Source of the DNA: an uncultured Methanomassiliicoccales archaeon
GTDB taxonomy: Archaea; Thermoplasmatota; Thermoplasmata; Methanomassiliicoccales; CAZOLG01
Direction: 5' to 3'
Length of the DNA stretch: 64,000 nt
NCBI GenBank assembly: GCA_964580935.1
Contig: CAZOLG010000001.1
Coordinates: 188,745-252,744 of the forward strand
The notes under the pieces are model-generated. The model was not told where the DNA came from, ran no database searches, and was given only the letters and a program-made list of their open reading frames with translations. A program made the translations under genes and the position numbers. How positions within the stretch are numbered: the first letter of the stretch is position 1; each line of letters begins with the position of its first letter. This document shows, piece by piece, positions 45,528 through 55,071 of the stretch.

Positions 45528-46085
45528 ATGAGCTTTAGAGCATTCATATCTCTGGACTTGACGCCCAGCGAACAGATACTCGACTTCTGCAGAGAGCTGG
45601 AGGACACAGGAGCGGATCTTAGGATGGTAGATCCCGAATTGATGCATATCACAATGAAGTTCCTGGGGAACATCGAGGAGTCGACCGTACCTGGTATTAA
45701 GGAAGTGATGATCGACGCCGCGCAGGGGATCGGACCTCAACGAATCGATTTTCAGGGGGTGGGGGCCTTCCCTAGGAAGTCGAAGATCCGCGTGGTCTGG
45801 GTAGGTATATCCGGTGCTGATGAAGTGGTGACCATGGCCAACAGGCTAGAAGACGATCTGACCGATATGGGGTTCAAGGAGGAGAGACATCCTTTCAAGC
45901 CACATCTGACAGTCGCCAGGACGAAAGGGTCAGGAGGCCTTGGCAGGGTGCAGAAACTTCTCGATGAGTGGGAAGGGAGGGATATGGGCGAAGACGATGT
46001 CAGTTCCCTCCGCTTGAAGAAGAGCGTCCTGCGGTCGGAGGGTCCCACCTATCATACAGTGGAGGAAATCAAACTGGAAGGGTAA
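45528..46085 (+). CDS. thpR: RNA 2',3'-cyclic phosphodiesterase (2H phosphoesterase, ThpR/LigT)
   Basis: Two H-x-T motifs: HITMKF and HLTVAR. Start at ATG 45528. Confidence 0.8.
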   Translation: MSFRAFISLDLTPSEQILDFCRELEDTGADLRMVDPELMHITMKFLGNIEESTVPGIKEVMIDAAQGIGPQRIDFQGVGAFPRKSKIRVVWVGISGADEVVTMANRLEDDLTDMGFKEERHPFKPHLTVARTKGSGGLGRVQKLLDEWEGRDMGEDDVSSLRLKKSVLRSEGPTYHTVEEIKLEG

Positions 46086-46183
46086 TCGCTGAAACAGGTC
46101 GCCCCCATTGAAGTTCAAGTGAAGGTTAAGAGTAGTTGTCAGTGTTATTTACCGGCGGGGGGCTCCTCTGAACAGGAATTTCG

Positions 46184-46660
46184 ATGTTAGGACGAATATG
46201 GAGGATCGAGGACAAAGAAGGCGGTATTGAAGGGCTCCCATTGCAGCTGATGATCATGGTGGTGGTGGCCGGCATAGGAACTGCCATACTCATGGGATGG
46301 ATGTCCGGGCTACAGGCACCCTCGACGATCTCAGAAGTTCATGCTACCCCACCTGAGATCGTGCTGAGCGATCAGGACGGAGACGGCATATATACGGTTG
46401 AGATCGACCAGCTGGCAGTCAGCGTCCTTGATCAGCAGGGTGATGGTATATCCGGGGCGACGGTGATTCTGGAAGGTGCTGGTATTTCACAGGGAGACAG
46501 TTCTAAGACTGTACACGGGATGACCGACAGCAGAGGTGTGGCGACCTTTGACGACCTAAGGGCGAACCATTCAGGAGGAACTCTTACGTTCATGACCGTT
46601 ACCGTGACCAAGAACGGCTATGGGGATCAGTCGATCCAAGTACCAGTGATCTGCGAGTGA
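46184..46660 (+). CDS. Putative pilin-like / N-terminally anchored surface protein 1
   Basis: Short charged N-terminus, then EGLPLQLMIMVVVAGIGTAILMGW, followed by a beta-rich domain. Confidence 0.4.
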   Translation: MLGRIWRIEDKEGGIEGLPLQLMIMVVVAGIGTAILMGWMSGLQAPSTISEVHATPPEIVLSDQDGDGIYTVEIDQLAVSVLDQQGDGISGATVILEGAGISQGDSSKTVHGMTDSRGVATFDDLRANHSGGTLTFMTVTVTKNGYGDQSIQVPVICE

Positions 46661-46664
46661 TGGG

Positions 46665-47135
46665 ATGCAGATTGGAGATGATGGCGTAGAAGGTCTTCCT
46701 CTCAAGCTACTGATCGTCTCCCTGATAGTCTCTATCACTCTGCCTATTTTCTATTCCAGTTTTGAACAATATGGTCATAAAGTGGCGATTGAGAAGATGG
46801 AACAGCTGGTGAATAGAATAAAGTCCAGGGCGATCTCCGTTTTCCTGGACGGGCCGGGCAGCGTACGAGAACTGGGTCTTGGCGATGAATTAGTGAAGGA
46901 CCAAAGAGCCAATATCTCAGTGGGAGGAAACCTAAATCAAGCGAGTTCCAGGGGCATCTCATTGTGGTGGGGGGGTGAGCTCGCCTTCCGCTCGTACATC
47001 GAAGAATTGCCGGTAAGAATGAGTTCCCTGAGAGGGGAACCGATTGAGATCAGCACAGGGGACGGGCTCATGCTCTTCTCCTGTGTTCACGATGAAAATG
47101 GCACCTGGGTGTGTGTGGAGAAGGTGATCCGATGA
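46665..47135 (+). CDS. Putative pilin-like / N-terminally anchored protein 2
   Basis: The N-terminus VEGLPLKLLIVSLIVSITLPIFY shares the EGLPL-K/Q-L motif with protein 1. Confidence 0.4.
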   Translation: MQIGDDGVEGLPLKLLIVSLIVSITLPIFYSSFEQYGHKVAIEKMEQLVNRIKSRAISVFLDGPGSVRELGLGDELVKDQRANISVGGNLNQASSRGISLWWGGELAFRSYIEELPVRMSSLRGEPIEISTGDGLMLFSCVHDENGTWVCVEKVIR

Positions 47136-47608
47136 TAGAATTCTTCCTGTCAAAAGTATGGGCATTCATCTTCGGAGTGGCGGTGGTAGCTTTGATTCTC
47201 AACATCTTCCACTCCATGAATTCCGGTGCCCATTCCAGATACGCAATGCGGTCCCTAGATGAGCTGTCGGACACGATTGACGAGATAGGGGATAGAGAAC
47301 ATCACTGCAGGGTGGAGATCCCTCTGGAGGACATCCTGCCCAGGGGGAGCTCTCTGACCGTTCTTGGTGATGTGCTCCGGTTAGAAGTGGAGGGTGAAGA
47401 CTACTACCGTGAGATACCAGAGGTGGTGCTGATAGAAAGGGGGGCGGGAACGGAAAGCGAGGTCCAGTCTTTGCGGTGTCAACAGGGTGATACTCTGGTG
47501 GTTTCTCTTCAAAAGGAGGCTATCACCATTCACTGTCTGTGCTCGTCGATCAGCTCAAGTATCGAGTCCACCATCCGTTCACAGTCCTGTCGAGTATTGT
47601 ACACATAG
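47132..47608 (+). CDS. Putative pilin-like / N-terminally anchored protein 3
   Basis: MIEFFLSKVWAFIFGVAVVALILNIF. ATGA overlap with the previous stop. The 3' end overlaps the convergent desulfurase gene. Confidence 0.35.
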   Translation: MIEFFLSKVWAFIFGVAVVALILNIFHSMNSGAHSRYAMRSLDELSDTIDEIGDREHHCRVEIPLEDILPRGSSLTVLGDVLRLEVEGEDYYREIPEVVLIERGAGTESEVQSLRCQQGDTLVVSLQKEAITIHCLCSSISSSIESTIRSQSCRVLYT

Positions 47609-48756
47609 AAAGAGGCTCTAGCACATCCAGGCACGCTAATCTTTTCGAAGAACGGATGCGCACAGTGCATACCAGAGCGGATCATGACCCCTCCGATCTC
47701 GTCAAGGACCACCGCCACGTCGGTGGATCTCATGCCGTCGATGTTGAATGAGAAAACACTGGACCTGAGTTCAGGAGAGGCGGGGCCGATAAGACTCACC
47801 TCCTCCACATCCCTCAGGCTTCGGGTGACAAAAGAATTGAGATCCCTCTCGTGTTCTTCGATATTTTCGATACCCACCGATTCGACGTAGTCAACGGCCG
47901 CGCGGGTACCAGCGATCCCCGCGTAGTTCATCAGACCCCCCTCAAGTCTCTCCGGTAGTGAGAGGTAATCGATATCGTCATATGTGGTGGTGTTTACTGT
48001 ACCCCCTCCAGAGACCAGGGGTTCAAGATCAGTGAGGCATTCCTCTTTGCCGTACAGTACTCCCACTCCTGAGGGGCCCAACATCTTATGCATTGAAAGC
48101 GCATAGTAATCTACATCGAGCGCCCTCAAGTCCACCTCCTGATGGGGCGCCGCTTGGGCACCATCGACCATCACCCGTGCGCCATAGTCCCGGGCTATTT
48201 CCACTATCGCCCCCACAGGCATGGTGGTACCGGTTACATTGCTGGTGTGGATTACGCTTATCAGCTCGACCTCTCTGTTCATCTTCTCCTTCAGATCTTC
48301 GATATCCAGCACACCATCTCTGGAGGTCTGCACAAAACACCTCTTCACCCCTTTACTACGGCTCACCTGAATCCAAGGGATGTGATTTGAATTGTGTTCG
48401 ATGTCGGTCGTGAGCACGGTGTCGCCCTTCTCAAAAGGAAAACCCTTGGCCACCAGATTTATGGCTTCAGTACAGTTCTTGGTGAATACGATCTCGCTGT
48501 CATTGACACCGAAAAAGTCGGCCACCCGCTCCCTGGTCTCATCAACCATCATGGTGACATCGGTGGCCAGCCTATGGACGCTTCTCCCTCCACAGGCGGG
48601 CATTCTGGAGTAGTAGTCGGTCACCGCTTCGATGACCTGCCTAGGCCTCAGGGTCTGGCATGCACTATCCAGGTAGACCAGGGAGTCGCCATGGAGGTCG
48701 AAGAACGGGAAATCTGATCTCAGCTCATCCACATCTATCATTTCTTGATTTCCCAT
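47530..48756 (-). CDS. Cysteine desulfurase, SufS/CsdA-like (class V aminotransferase)
   Basis: PLP-Lys context SMHKMLGPSGVGVLYG, and active-site Cys in RSGMHCAHP. Confidence 0.85.
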   Translation of the reverse strand: MGNQEMIDVDELRSDFPFFDLHGDSLVYLDSACQTLRPRQVIEAVTDYYSRMPACGGRSVHRLATDVTMMVDETRERVADFFGVNDSEIVFTKNCTEAINLVAKGFPFEKGDTVLTTDIEHNSNHIPWIQVSRSKGVKRCFVQTSRDGVLDIEDLKEKMNREVELISVIHTSNVTGTTMPVGAIVEIARDYGARVMVDGAQAAPHQEVDLRALDVDYYALSMHKMLGPSGVGVLYGKEECLTDLEPLVSGGGTVNTTTYDDIDYLSLPERLEGGLMNYAGIAGTRAAVDYVESVGIENIEEHERDLNSFVTRSLRDVEEVSLIGPASPELRSSVFSFNIDGMRSTDVAVVLDEIGGVMIRSGMHCAHPFFEKISVPGCARASFYVYNTRQDCERMVDSILELIDEHRQ

Positions 48757-48878
48757 CCAATCCCGCTATTTTTGTTTTTTGGAGACTGCACCGTTGATAG
48801 GAGGTTTCATCTCCCTGATCTGCATCGCGAGAAAGGATATTTCTATTGTCAGCAGGTTTTGCATGAAGAGGGTACTGC

Positions 48879-50018
48879 ATGGAAAGAATCTACTTCGATA
48901 ACAGCGCTACCACAAGAGTGGCTCCCGAGGTCAGGGGGGCCATGACTCCCTATTTCCTAGACAGATATGGAAACGCGTCCAGCCTGCACTCCTTCGGGGC
49001 GGAGGCGGAAGAGGGGATGAGCAGGGCCAGGGCCCAGGTGGCCCAGGCCGTGGGCGCCGACCCGGACGAGATCGTGTTCACTTCCGGCGGCACCGAGTCG
49101 GACAACCTGGCCCTCCGGGGGGTGGCTCTCGCGCACCGCGGAGAGGGGAGTCATATCATCACTTCATCCATAGAACACCCCGCAGTGCTCTCCACCTGTA
49201 CCCAGCTCGAACAGTGGGGTTTTCGCGTCACGTACCTCCCTGTAGATGACTTGGGGTTTGTCTCTTCCGATGAGCTCCGGGGGAGTATAGAGAAAGACAC
49301 AGTCCTGATATCCATAATGATGGCCAACAACGAGATCGGTACTCTTGAGCACATCCGGGAGATCGGTGAGGTGGCATCCGACAGCGGGGTGCTCTTCCAC
49401 ACCGACGCGGTGCAGGCGGTGGGAAAGAAGCCCATCGATGTCGATCGCGATGGGATCGACCTCCTCTCTCTTTCCGCCCACAAGTTCCACGGGCCCAAGG
49501 GCGTGGGAGCGCTCTTTGTCAGAGGGGGGACAGAGATCCGGCCCATCATGTACGGAGGCGGTCACGAAGGGGGGCTGAGATCATCGACTGAAAATGTGCC
49601 CGGTATTGTGGGGATGGGTAAGGCCATCGAATTAGCCAGTGAGTCCATCGACACTCATGCTTCAAAGATGGGGGAGATCAGGGATATCATTATTGAAGGG
49701 GTCATGGAAGGGATTCCTGGTGTTCAACTCAACGGGCCAGTGGGCGAAAGACTGTGCAACAATGCTCACTTCAGTTTCGAGGACTTAGACGGCAAAGAAC
49801 TAGTGATCTTCCTCGACACCCACGGAATCGCGTGCTCCACCGCCTCCGCTTGCTCCACCGGGAACCTTGAACCTTCGCATGTCCTTCAGGCCATAGGTCT
49901 GAGCCCCCATATGGCGAAGGGCTCGCTACGGGTTTCCCTCAGCCGCTTCAACCACTATGAGGAAGCCAATTACTTCTTAGACATCTTGCCGGAACTGGTC
50001 GAAGAGCTCAGAGGATAG
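48879..50018 (+). CDS. Cysteine desulfurase, NifS/IscS-like
   Basis: SAHKFHGPKGVGALF, and the active-site loop ASACSTG. Confidence 0.85.
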   Translation: MERIYFDNSATTRVAPEVRGAMTPYFLDRYGNASSLHSFGAEAEEGMSRARAQVAQAVGADPDEIVFTSGGTESDNLALRGVALAHRGEGSHIITSSIEHPAVLSTCTQLEQWGFRVTYLPVDDLGFVSSDELRGSIEKDTVLISIMMANNEIGTLEHIREIGEVASDSGVLFHTDAVQAVGKKPIDVDRDGIDLLSLSAHKFHGPKGVGALFVRGGTEIRPIMYGGGHEGGLRSSTENVPGIVGMGKAIELASESIDTHASKMGEIRDIIIEGVMEGIPGVQLNGPVGERLCNNAHFSFEDLDGKELVIFLDTHGIACSTASACSTGNLEPSHVLQAIGLSPHMAKGSLRVSLSRFNHYEEANYFLDILPELVEELRG

Positions 50019-50093
50019 GGGACATCGACCACTATCCTCATCTCCCTTGCCTCGGGAATATTCTTATTTCACTAGGACATAGAGTTGCTCAGC

Positions 50094-50999
50094 ATGTCAC
50101 TCGGAATCGAGGTTTCTGGACTTTCACTGTCCAACCCCTCCATGCTCGCCTCGGGGATCATGGGAGAGACAGGCCGCTCTTTGGCACGAGTATCTGAAGC
50201 TGGGGCGGGGGCCATGGTCACCAAGTCCATCGGTACGGAGAGGAGGGAAGGACACACAAACCCGACTCTCGTCGAACTCCCTTTCGGGTACATCAATAGC
50301 ATGGGGCTTCCCAATCCTGGAATAGAGTATTTTGGACGTGAGATGGAAGCTTTAGATGACTGTGAGATCCCGGTGGTGGGCAGTATCTTTGCTGCCGATG
50401 AAGATGAATTTTGCATACTGGCAGGCAAAATGGAGGACTACGGGGCATCAGCAGTGGAGCTCAACCTGAGCTGTCCTCACGCCAGAGGATACGGAATGGA
50501 GTTAGGAGTGGACCCAGAGGTGGTCAAGAGCGTGGTAGAAGAGGTAAAAAGTAGTACCTCTCTCCCCGTGTTCGCCAAACTGACCCCCAACACCCACCGG
50601 ATCGTCGAAGTGGGGAAGGCGGTTCAGGATGGAGGTGGCGACGCGGTGGTGGCCATCAACACAATGAGAGCGATGGCCATATCGGTGGAGTTTCAGCGAC
50701 CTGTACTGTCCAACGTCTACGGCGGGCTGTCCGGTCCTGCTATCAGACCAGTTGGAGTCAGAGCAGTATACGAACTGTTCGAAGAGCTGGACATACCTCT
50801 CATCGGAGCAGGAGGTATAGAGAAGGGGGAGGATGCACTGGAATACATTATGGCTGGAGCATCTGCCTTCCAGGTGGGTAGCGCAGTGGGAAGGAAAGGG
50901 TTGGGCGTCTTTCTTGAGATCATCAACGACATCTGTGAGTTCATGGAATCTAACGGATACTATGCGCTGGAAGATATGGTGGGCATCGCTCATGAGTAA
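50094..50999 (+). CDS. pyrD: Dihydroorotate dehydrogenase, class 1B catalytic subunit
   Basis: Motifs NLSCPHA, AINT and SGPAIRPVG. Start at ATG 50094 (the track TTG is at 50085). Confidence 0.9.
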   Translation: MSLGIEVSGLSLSNPSMLASGIMGETGRSLARVSEAGAGAMVTKSIGTERREGHTNPTLVELPFGYINSMGLPNPGIEYFGREMEALDDCEIPVVGSIFAADEDEFCILAGKMEDYGASAVELNLSCPHARGYGMELGVDPEVVKSVVEEVKSSTSLPVFAKLTPNTHRIVEVGKAVQDGGGDAVVAINTMRAMAISVEFQRPVLSNVYGGLSGPAIRPVGVRAVYELFEELDIPLIGAGGIEKGEDALEYIMAGASAFQVGSAVGRKGLGVFLEIINDICEFMESNGYYALEDMVGIAHE

Positions 51000-51765
51000 G
51001 AGAAGCACGGTGGGTATTACAGAGAATCGGCAGGAGGCCGAAGGAGTACGCACCCTGAGATTTAGGTGGGGAGCTGAATGTCATCCGGGGCAGTTCATCA
51101 TGGTGTGGATCCCGGGAGTGGATGAGGTACCGATGTCCCTATCACACATCAGACAACCGAAAGGAATCACAGTAAAGGAGGTCGGCGAAGCCACCCGGGC
51201 TTTGACGGCCATGCAGAAAGGGGATAGGATCGGGGTGAGGGGGCCTTACGGCAGAGGGTTTATTTCACCCGAAGGACAGGTGTTATTCGTAGGGGGTGGA
51301 GTGGGCACCGCATCCATTCTTCCCGCTGTGGAATCGTTCACCACTGACCGATCGGACATGATAATAGGGGCCCTGACGAGAGAAGAACTGCTGTACGTGG
51401 AGAGGGCCCGCAGAATTGCGGACGAACTCCGAGTTTCCACCGACGATGGCAGCTACGGATTCAAGGGGACCGCGGTGGGTTTGGCCCAGGAACTCATGCA
51501 GGAGGAGGAGTATTCCATGGTATTGGGATGTGGCCCTGAACCGATGTTGGCCTCCCTGCTCTCCCTGTGTGAGAAAGAAGGCCTGCCCTGTCAGCTTTCT
51601 CTGGAACGCTTCATGAAATGCGGAACGGGGCTATGTGGGTCATGCGCCATCAACGGCATGAGGGTGTGCGCAGAAGGGCCGGTGTTCTGGGGACATGAAT
51701 TGAAGGACCTGGAAGAGTTTGGAGAGGCGAAGAGAGACCCCTCGGGCCAGAAAACAAGACTGTGA
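50992..51765 (+). CDS. pyrK: Dihydroorotate dehydrogenase electron-transfer subunit
   Basis: 8-nt overlap with pyrD. FAD/NAD fold and C-terminal 2Fe-2S site MKCGTGLCGSCAINGMRVC. Confidence 0.85.
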   Translation: MSKRSTVGITENRQEAEGVRTLRFRWGAECHPGQFIMVWIPGVDEVPMSLSHIRQPKGITVKEVGEATRALTAMQKGDRIGVRGPYGRGFISPEGQVLFVGGGVGTASILPAVESFTTDRSDMIIGALTREELLYVERARRIADELRVSTDDGSYGFKGTAVGLAQELMQEEEYSMVLGCGPEPMLASLLSLCEKEGLPCQLSLERFMKCGTGLCGSCAINGMRVCAEGPVFWGHELKDLEEFGEAKRDPSGQKTRL

Positions 51766-52929
51766 TCATTGACCGCTTACTACCTGTTCCACTATGGTTT
51801 TGAATTCCTTGTCATTAACGATTCCTCCCGCCTCGCCCATCGCCTTGACCTTGAACAGTATCTCACATATATCCTCTTCAGTGACCTCCACCTCTAGCTC
51901 TTCCAGCCTATTCCTGATATACGTTATACCAGTGTGCTTCCCCATCCTGAGCTTTCTTTTCTGACCCAGAGAGGATGGAGGTATCGATTCGTAGGTGAGA
52001 GGACATCTCAATACGGCGGCCACATGTATGCCCGATTCATGGGAGAATGTGTTGTCTCCCACCAACGGGTGATTCTGGGAAAGGACGTGGCCTGCGAATT
52101 TGGCCACTACCTCCGATAGTTCCTTGAACTTGGTGGTGTCCAAACCGAGGTCCATGTCGTATAGGTACTTCATGGCGGAGACGAATTGTTCCAGAGCCAG
52201 GTTACCGGACCTCTCTCCCATACCGTTTACGGTGGTGGTAATCGCCCGTGCTCCACCCTTTACCGCAGCGATTGCATTTGGCAGGGCCATTCCAAAATCA
52301 TTATGCAGGTGGATGGACACGGGGCTTTTCAGCCGGGTGGTGACCTCAGATACCAGACGGGATATCGCCTCCGGAGAAGCGCAGCCCACCGTGTCTGTCA
52401 GGCCGAGGCGGTGTGCTCCCGCATCCTCTGCCAGCTCGAATATTTCCAGCAAGAAATCGAGGTCCGTTCTCGTGCTGTCCTCCGAACTGAAACTGATCTC
52501 CACCCCCCTGTCCTTGCAATACTCTATTGAGTCAACAGTCATTTCCTTGATGCATTCCCTGGTCTTCTCCAGCTTATACTTAAGATGCAGATCAGAAGTG
52601 GCTATGAAGAGCAATATCATATCCACCCCGCTCTCCACCGCCGCATCGATATCCCCCTTCTTCAAACGGGACAGGGCCAGTATATCGGCATCAAGACCTT
52701 CTGAAGCGATAGATTTTATCGAATTGAACTCGCTCTCTGAGACCGCCGGAAAACCAGCCTCTATCTGAGGGATTCCGATTTCATCCAGCATGAGGGCGAT
52801 ATCCAGTTTCTGTGCCGGACTGAACGCCACCCCCGGCATCTGCTCTCCGTCCCTCAGTGTGGAATCGTAGATCGTAATGTCCGGACAGTCCAATTTCGAA
52901 TTGAAGGGGCTCAATGCCGTTAATTGCAT
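51766..52929 (-). CDS. Homocitrate / (R)-citramalate / 2-isopropylmalate synthase family enzyme (AksA/CimA/LeuA-like)
   Basis: YDSTLRDGEQ and HLHNDFGMA. 387 aa, so it lacks the LeuA regulatory domain. Confidence 0.75.
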   Translation of the reverse strand: MQLTALSPFNSKLDCPDITIYDSTLRDGEQMPGVAFSPAQKLDIALMLDEIGIPQIEAGFPAVSESEFNSIKSIASEGLDADILALSRLKKGDIDAAVESGVDMILLFIATSDLHLKYKLEKTRECIKEMTVDSIEYCKDRGVEISFSSEDSTRTDLDFLLEIFELAEDAGAHRLGLTDTVGCASPEAISRLVSEVTTRLKSPVSIHLHNDFGMALPNAIAAVKGGARAITTTVNGMGERSGNLALEQFVSAMKYLYDMDLGLDTTKFKELSEVVAKFAGHVLSQNHPLVGDNTFSHESGIHVAAVLRCPLTYESIPPSSLGQKRKLRMGKHTGITYIRNRLEELEVEVTEEDICEILFKVKAMGEAGGIVNDKEFKTIVEQVVSGQ

Positions 52930-53142
52930 GGTAGATACAAGAAGTCCTGAGATTATTCAAACTTTCTATACTTACTTTGACTCGAAACCACATATTCGAG
53001 CAAGCGTTGTCGGGCCATCTCTTCAGGAGGAGATAAGTAGAGAGTATTCTATAGAGTGTGGGGAAGCCCCTTGAGCAGATCCGATCAGGGACTATCTGAG
53101 TACGTTCTCGTAAGCCATGGGAAACTGGAGATCCGGGTACCA

Positions 53143-53520
53143 ATGAAGATATTCAGGGGTACGTCCACCCGATTTGACGAGGGTGATAGAAAGGAATTCG
53201 AAGAGCTGCTGTCCAGTAGATACCCCTGGCTCTCTGAATATGCTGTGGAAGAAATACTGGAAAAGACACGTGACAGGCTTGTGGAGAGAATAGACTCAAG
53301 AAAGAGCAGCGTGGAGAAGGCGAGAGAGGTGATGGAGAATGGGCAACACACAAGGGCCCTCGAAATGATCGGTCAACGTCTCGATTCTCAGCCCGAGGAT
53401 CCTGACATATGGTACCTACGGGGAGAGATTCTCTGCAGAATGGGAGACAGGGAAGAGGGTTATCGGTCGTTTCACAAAGCGAGGGCTCTGCTGAAGGATC
53501 AAGGGCATCCTCCAAAGTAG
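53143..53520 (+). CDS. Small TPR-like hypothetical protein
   Basis: Start at ATG 53143. The C-terminal half looks like one or two TPR units (PDIWYLRGEILCRMGDREEGYRSFHKA). Confidence 0.45.
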   Translation: MKIFRGTSTRFDEGDRKEFEELLSSRYPWLSEYAVEEILEKTRDRLVERIDSRKSSVEKAREVMENGQHTRALEMIGQRLDSQPEDPDIWYLRGEILCRMGDREEGYRSFHKARALLKDQGHPPK

Positions 53521-54374
53521 GAGTTTATCGCCTCCGTTACCTCCCTTACCGAGGCCCCCCACTGCACCACTATCACGTTCTCATCAATCAGGTGACCCGA
53601 TTTCACCTTGCAGCATTTGACTATGGTGGGTACACCGTCCCTGGGAGCGAGGTCCCATGGACACATGTTCACCATATCAATGTCCCCTCCGTAAAGGGAA
53701 TTGAATATCCGCTTGGAGAGGGAGCATCCCACCATCCCGGACTCCACATCGATCTCGGGCTTCTTATCCAGGAAAAATACCTTCTTGGACGAGTTGATAT
53801 CGGAGGATTCACAGGGGAATACAACCCCTTCAGTCTCAAACCGTTCGGCGAGCTCACCGATCTCTATGTTCTCCACCTGGGGAACGATGGGGAAGTCGAT
53901 AAACCCTGAATCGAGGGCTTTCTCCACCAGAACAGACACCTTTGAGGGGCGTGGGGGAACAACATCCAGTACTCTCAGATGAATGGGGGCCACGTCCTTC
54001 AGAAATGAGACATGTTCGAACATTCCCTTGACCACTACGGTCTTACCCGGGTAGTTGCTGGCCACGCGTGCCAAGTGTGACAGATTCAGTACGTCAATCT
54101 CATCGTCCTCAAGGTAAACGGTATCTCTGGGCAGGGAGATCAATTCAAAGTCGAGTATAGGTTGAAAGAGGTTCTTCTTCCTCCCCTTGAACAACTTCAC
54201 TACGGAGACCTGTTCGCCCTTCTTCAGGACAATGTAGTCGCTCCTGGTATAGGCCTTCTTTCCTTCGATCTTCCTTCTGATAATGCCTTCTTCCAGGGGA
54301 AAGTCGACTTCCCTTATGGACACATCTTTGCAGTGAACGGGGCTCATGTTGGTTAGTGATTGACGCCTACCCAT
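53499..54374 (-). CDS. Conserved-looking hypothetical protein, function unknown
   Basis: 291-aa ORF (alternative start 54347). Cys-containing C-terminal half. No motif recognized. Confidence 0.5.
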   Translation of the reverse strand: MGRRQSLTNMSPVHCKDVSIREVDFPLEEGIIRRKIEGKKAYTRSDYIVLKKGEQVSVVKLFKGRKKNLFQPILDFELISLPRDTVYLEDDEIDVLNLSHLARVASNYPGKTVVVKGMFEHVSFLKDVAPIHLRVLDVVPPRPSKVSVLVEKALDSGFIDFPIVPQVENIEIGELAERFETEGVVFPCESSDINSSKKVFFLDKKPEIDVESGMVGCSLSKRIFNSLYGGDIDMVNMCPWDLAPRDGVPTIVKCCKVKSGHLIDENVIVVQWGASVREVTEAINSYFGGCP

Positions 54375-54462
54375 AAATCTCTTTCACTGGTGTAATCAAC
54401 AATCAGGAGATACCGTTTATGAAAACATTGATAATCGATGAGCAGGATTAGCCCCCTGGTAC

Positions 54463-54549
54463 GCCGGGATGACAGAGCGGCCATGTGGCGGACTGCAGAC
54501 CCATGGCGGCAATCCGCATACCCGAGTTCAAATCTCGGTCCCGGCTCCA
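54463..54549 (+). tRNA. tRNA-Cys (GCA) with about 13-nt intron after position 37 and encoded CCA
   Basis: Acceptor GCCGGGA/TCCCGGC, discriminator U73. Anticodon stem GCGGA ... TCCGC is interrupted by ACCCATGGCGGCA (54499..54511). Loop CTGCAGA, T arm CCGAG-TTCAAAT-CTCGG. Confidence 0.85.
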
Positions 54550-54597
54550 TTCGCTATCTGTGCTCGATATGACAAGAGTTATGTTTGATTGATTTCC

Positions 54598-55023
54598 ATG
54601 TATGGTACCGCTCAAGGAGATGGTAATTTGAAATTCCTGCTCTGTGTCGACGGGTCCGAAAACTCAATCAGGGCCTCTGAGTTCATTGCAGAATTGATCT
54701 CCCCCCCAAACCAAGAACTGACCGTCCTTTTTGTGGTCCAAGACAGAGAAGTAATGAGTCTGTCCGAAAGGGGCAGGGACTGGAGAGAAGAGGTAAGAGA
54801 AAGAGTAGAGAAATGCTTTGATGTCCTCCAATCAGAACAGGTGGAGTTTACTGAATCCATTCAGATAGGCAAACCAAGTGAAGTAATACTGGATATGGCC
54901 ACGGAATATGACGCTGTGGTAATGGGTTACAAGGGACGTGGTGCTTTGGCGGACGTGGTGATAGGCAGTGTATCCAAGAAGACTTTGAAGAACTCGAAAA
55001 GGCCCGTTATCTTGGTACCCTGA
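54598..55023 (+). CDS. Universal stress protein (UspA family)
   Basis: LLCVDGSENS and GYKGRGALADVVIGSVS. Start at ATG 54598 (the track TTG is at 54589). Confidence 0.75.
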   Translation: MYGTAQGDGNLKFLLCVDGSENSIRASEFIAELISPPNQELTVLFVVQDREVMSLSERGRDWREEVRERVEKCFDVLQSEQVEFTESIQIGKPSEVILDMATEYDAVVMGYKGRGALADVVIGSVSKKTLKNSKRPVILVP

Positions 55024-55071
55024 CCACAGCCGTATTCTACCTGCCTCACACCTCTCCTTAGGAGTGCAATA

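Noticed and set aside
47530-47608. 79-nt overlap of the 3' ends of convergent genes (pilin-like protein 3 and the SufS-like desulfurase).
   Set aside because: The tail of the pilin-like ORF (…SSIESTIRSQSCRVLYT) looks like non-coding readthrough. This is probably just a late stop, not a functional overlap.
54353-54550. 65-aa track ORF on the minus strand.
   Set aside because: It is the antisense of the tRNA-Cys gene and is spurious.
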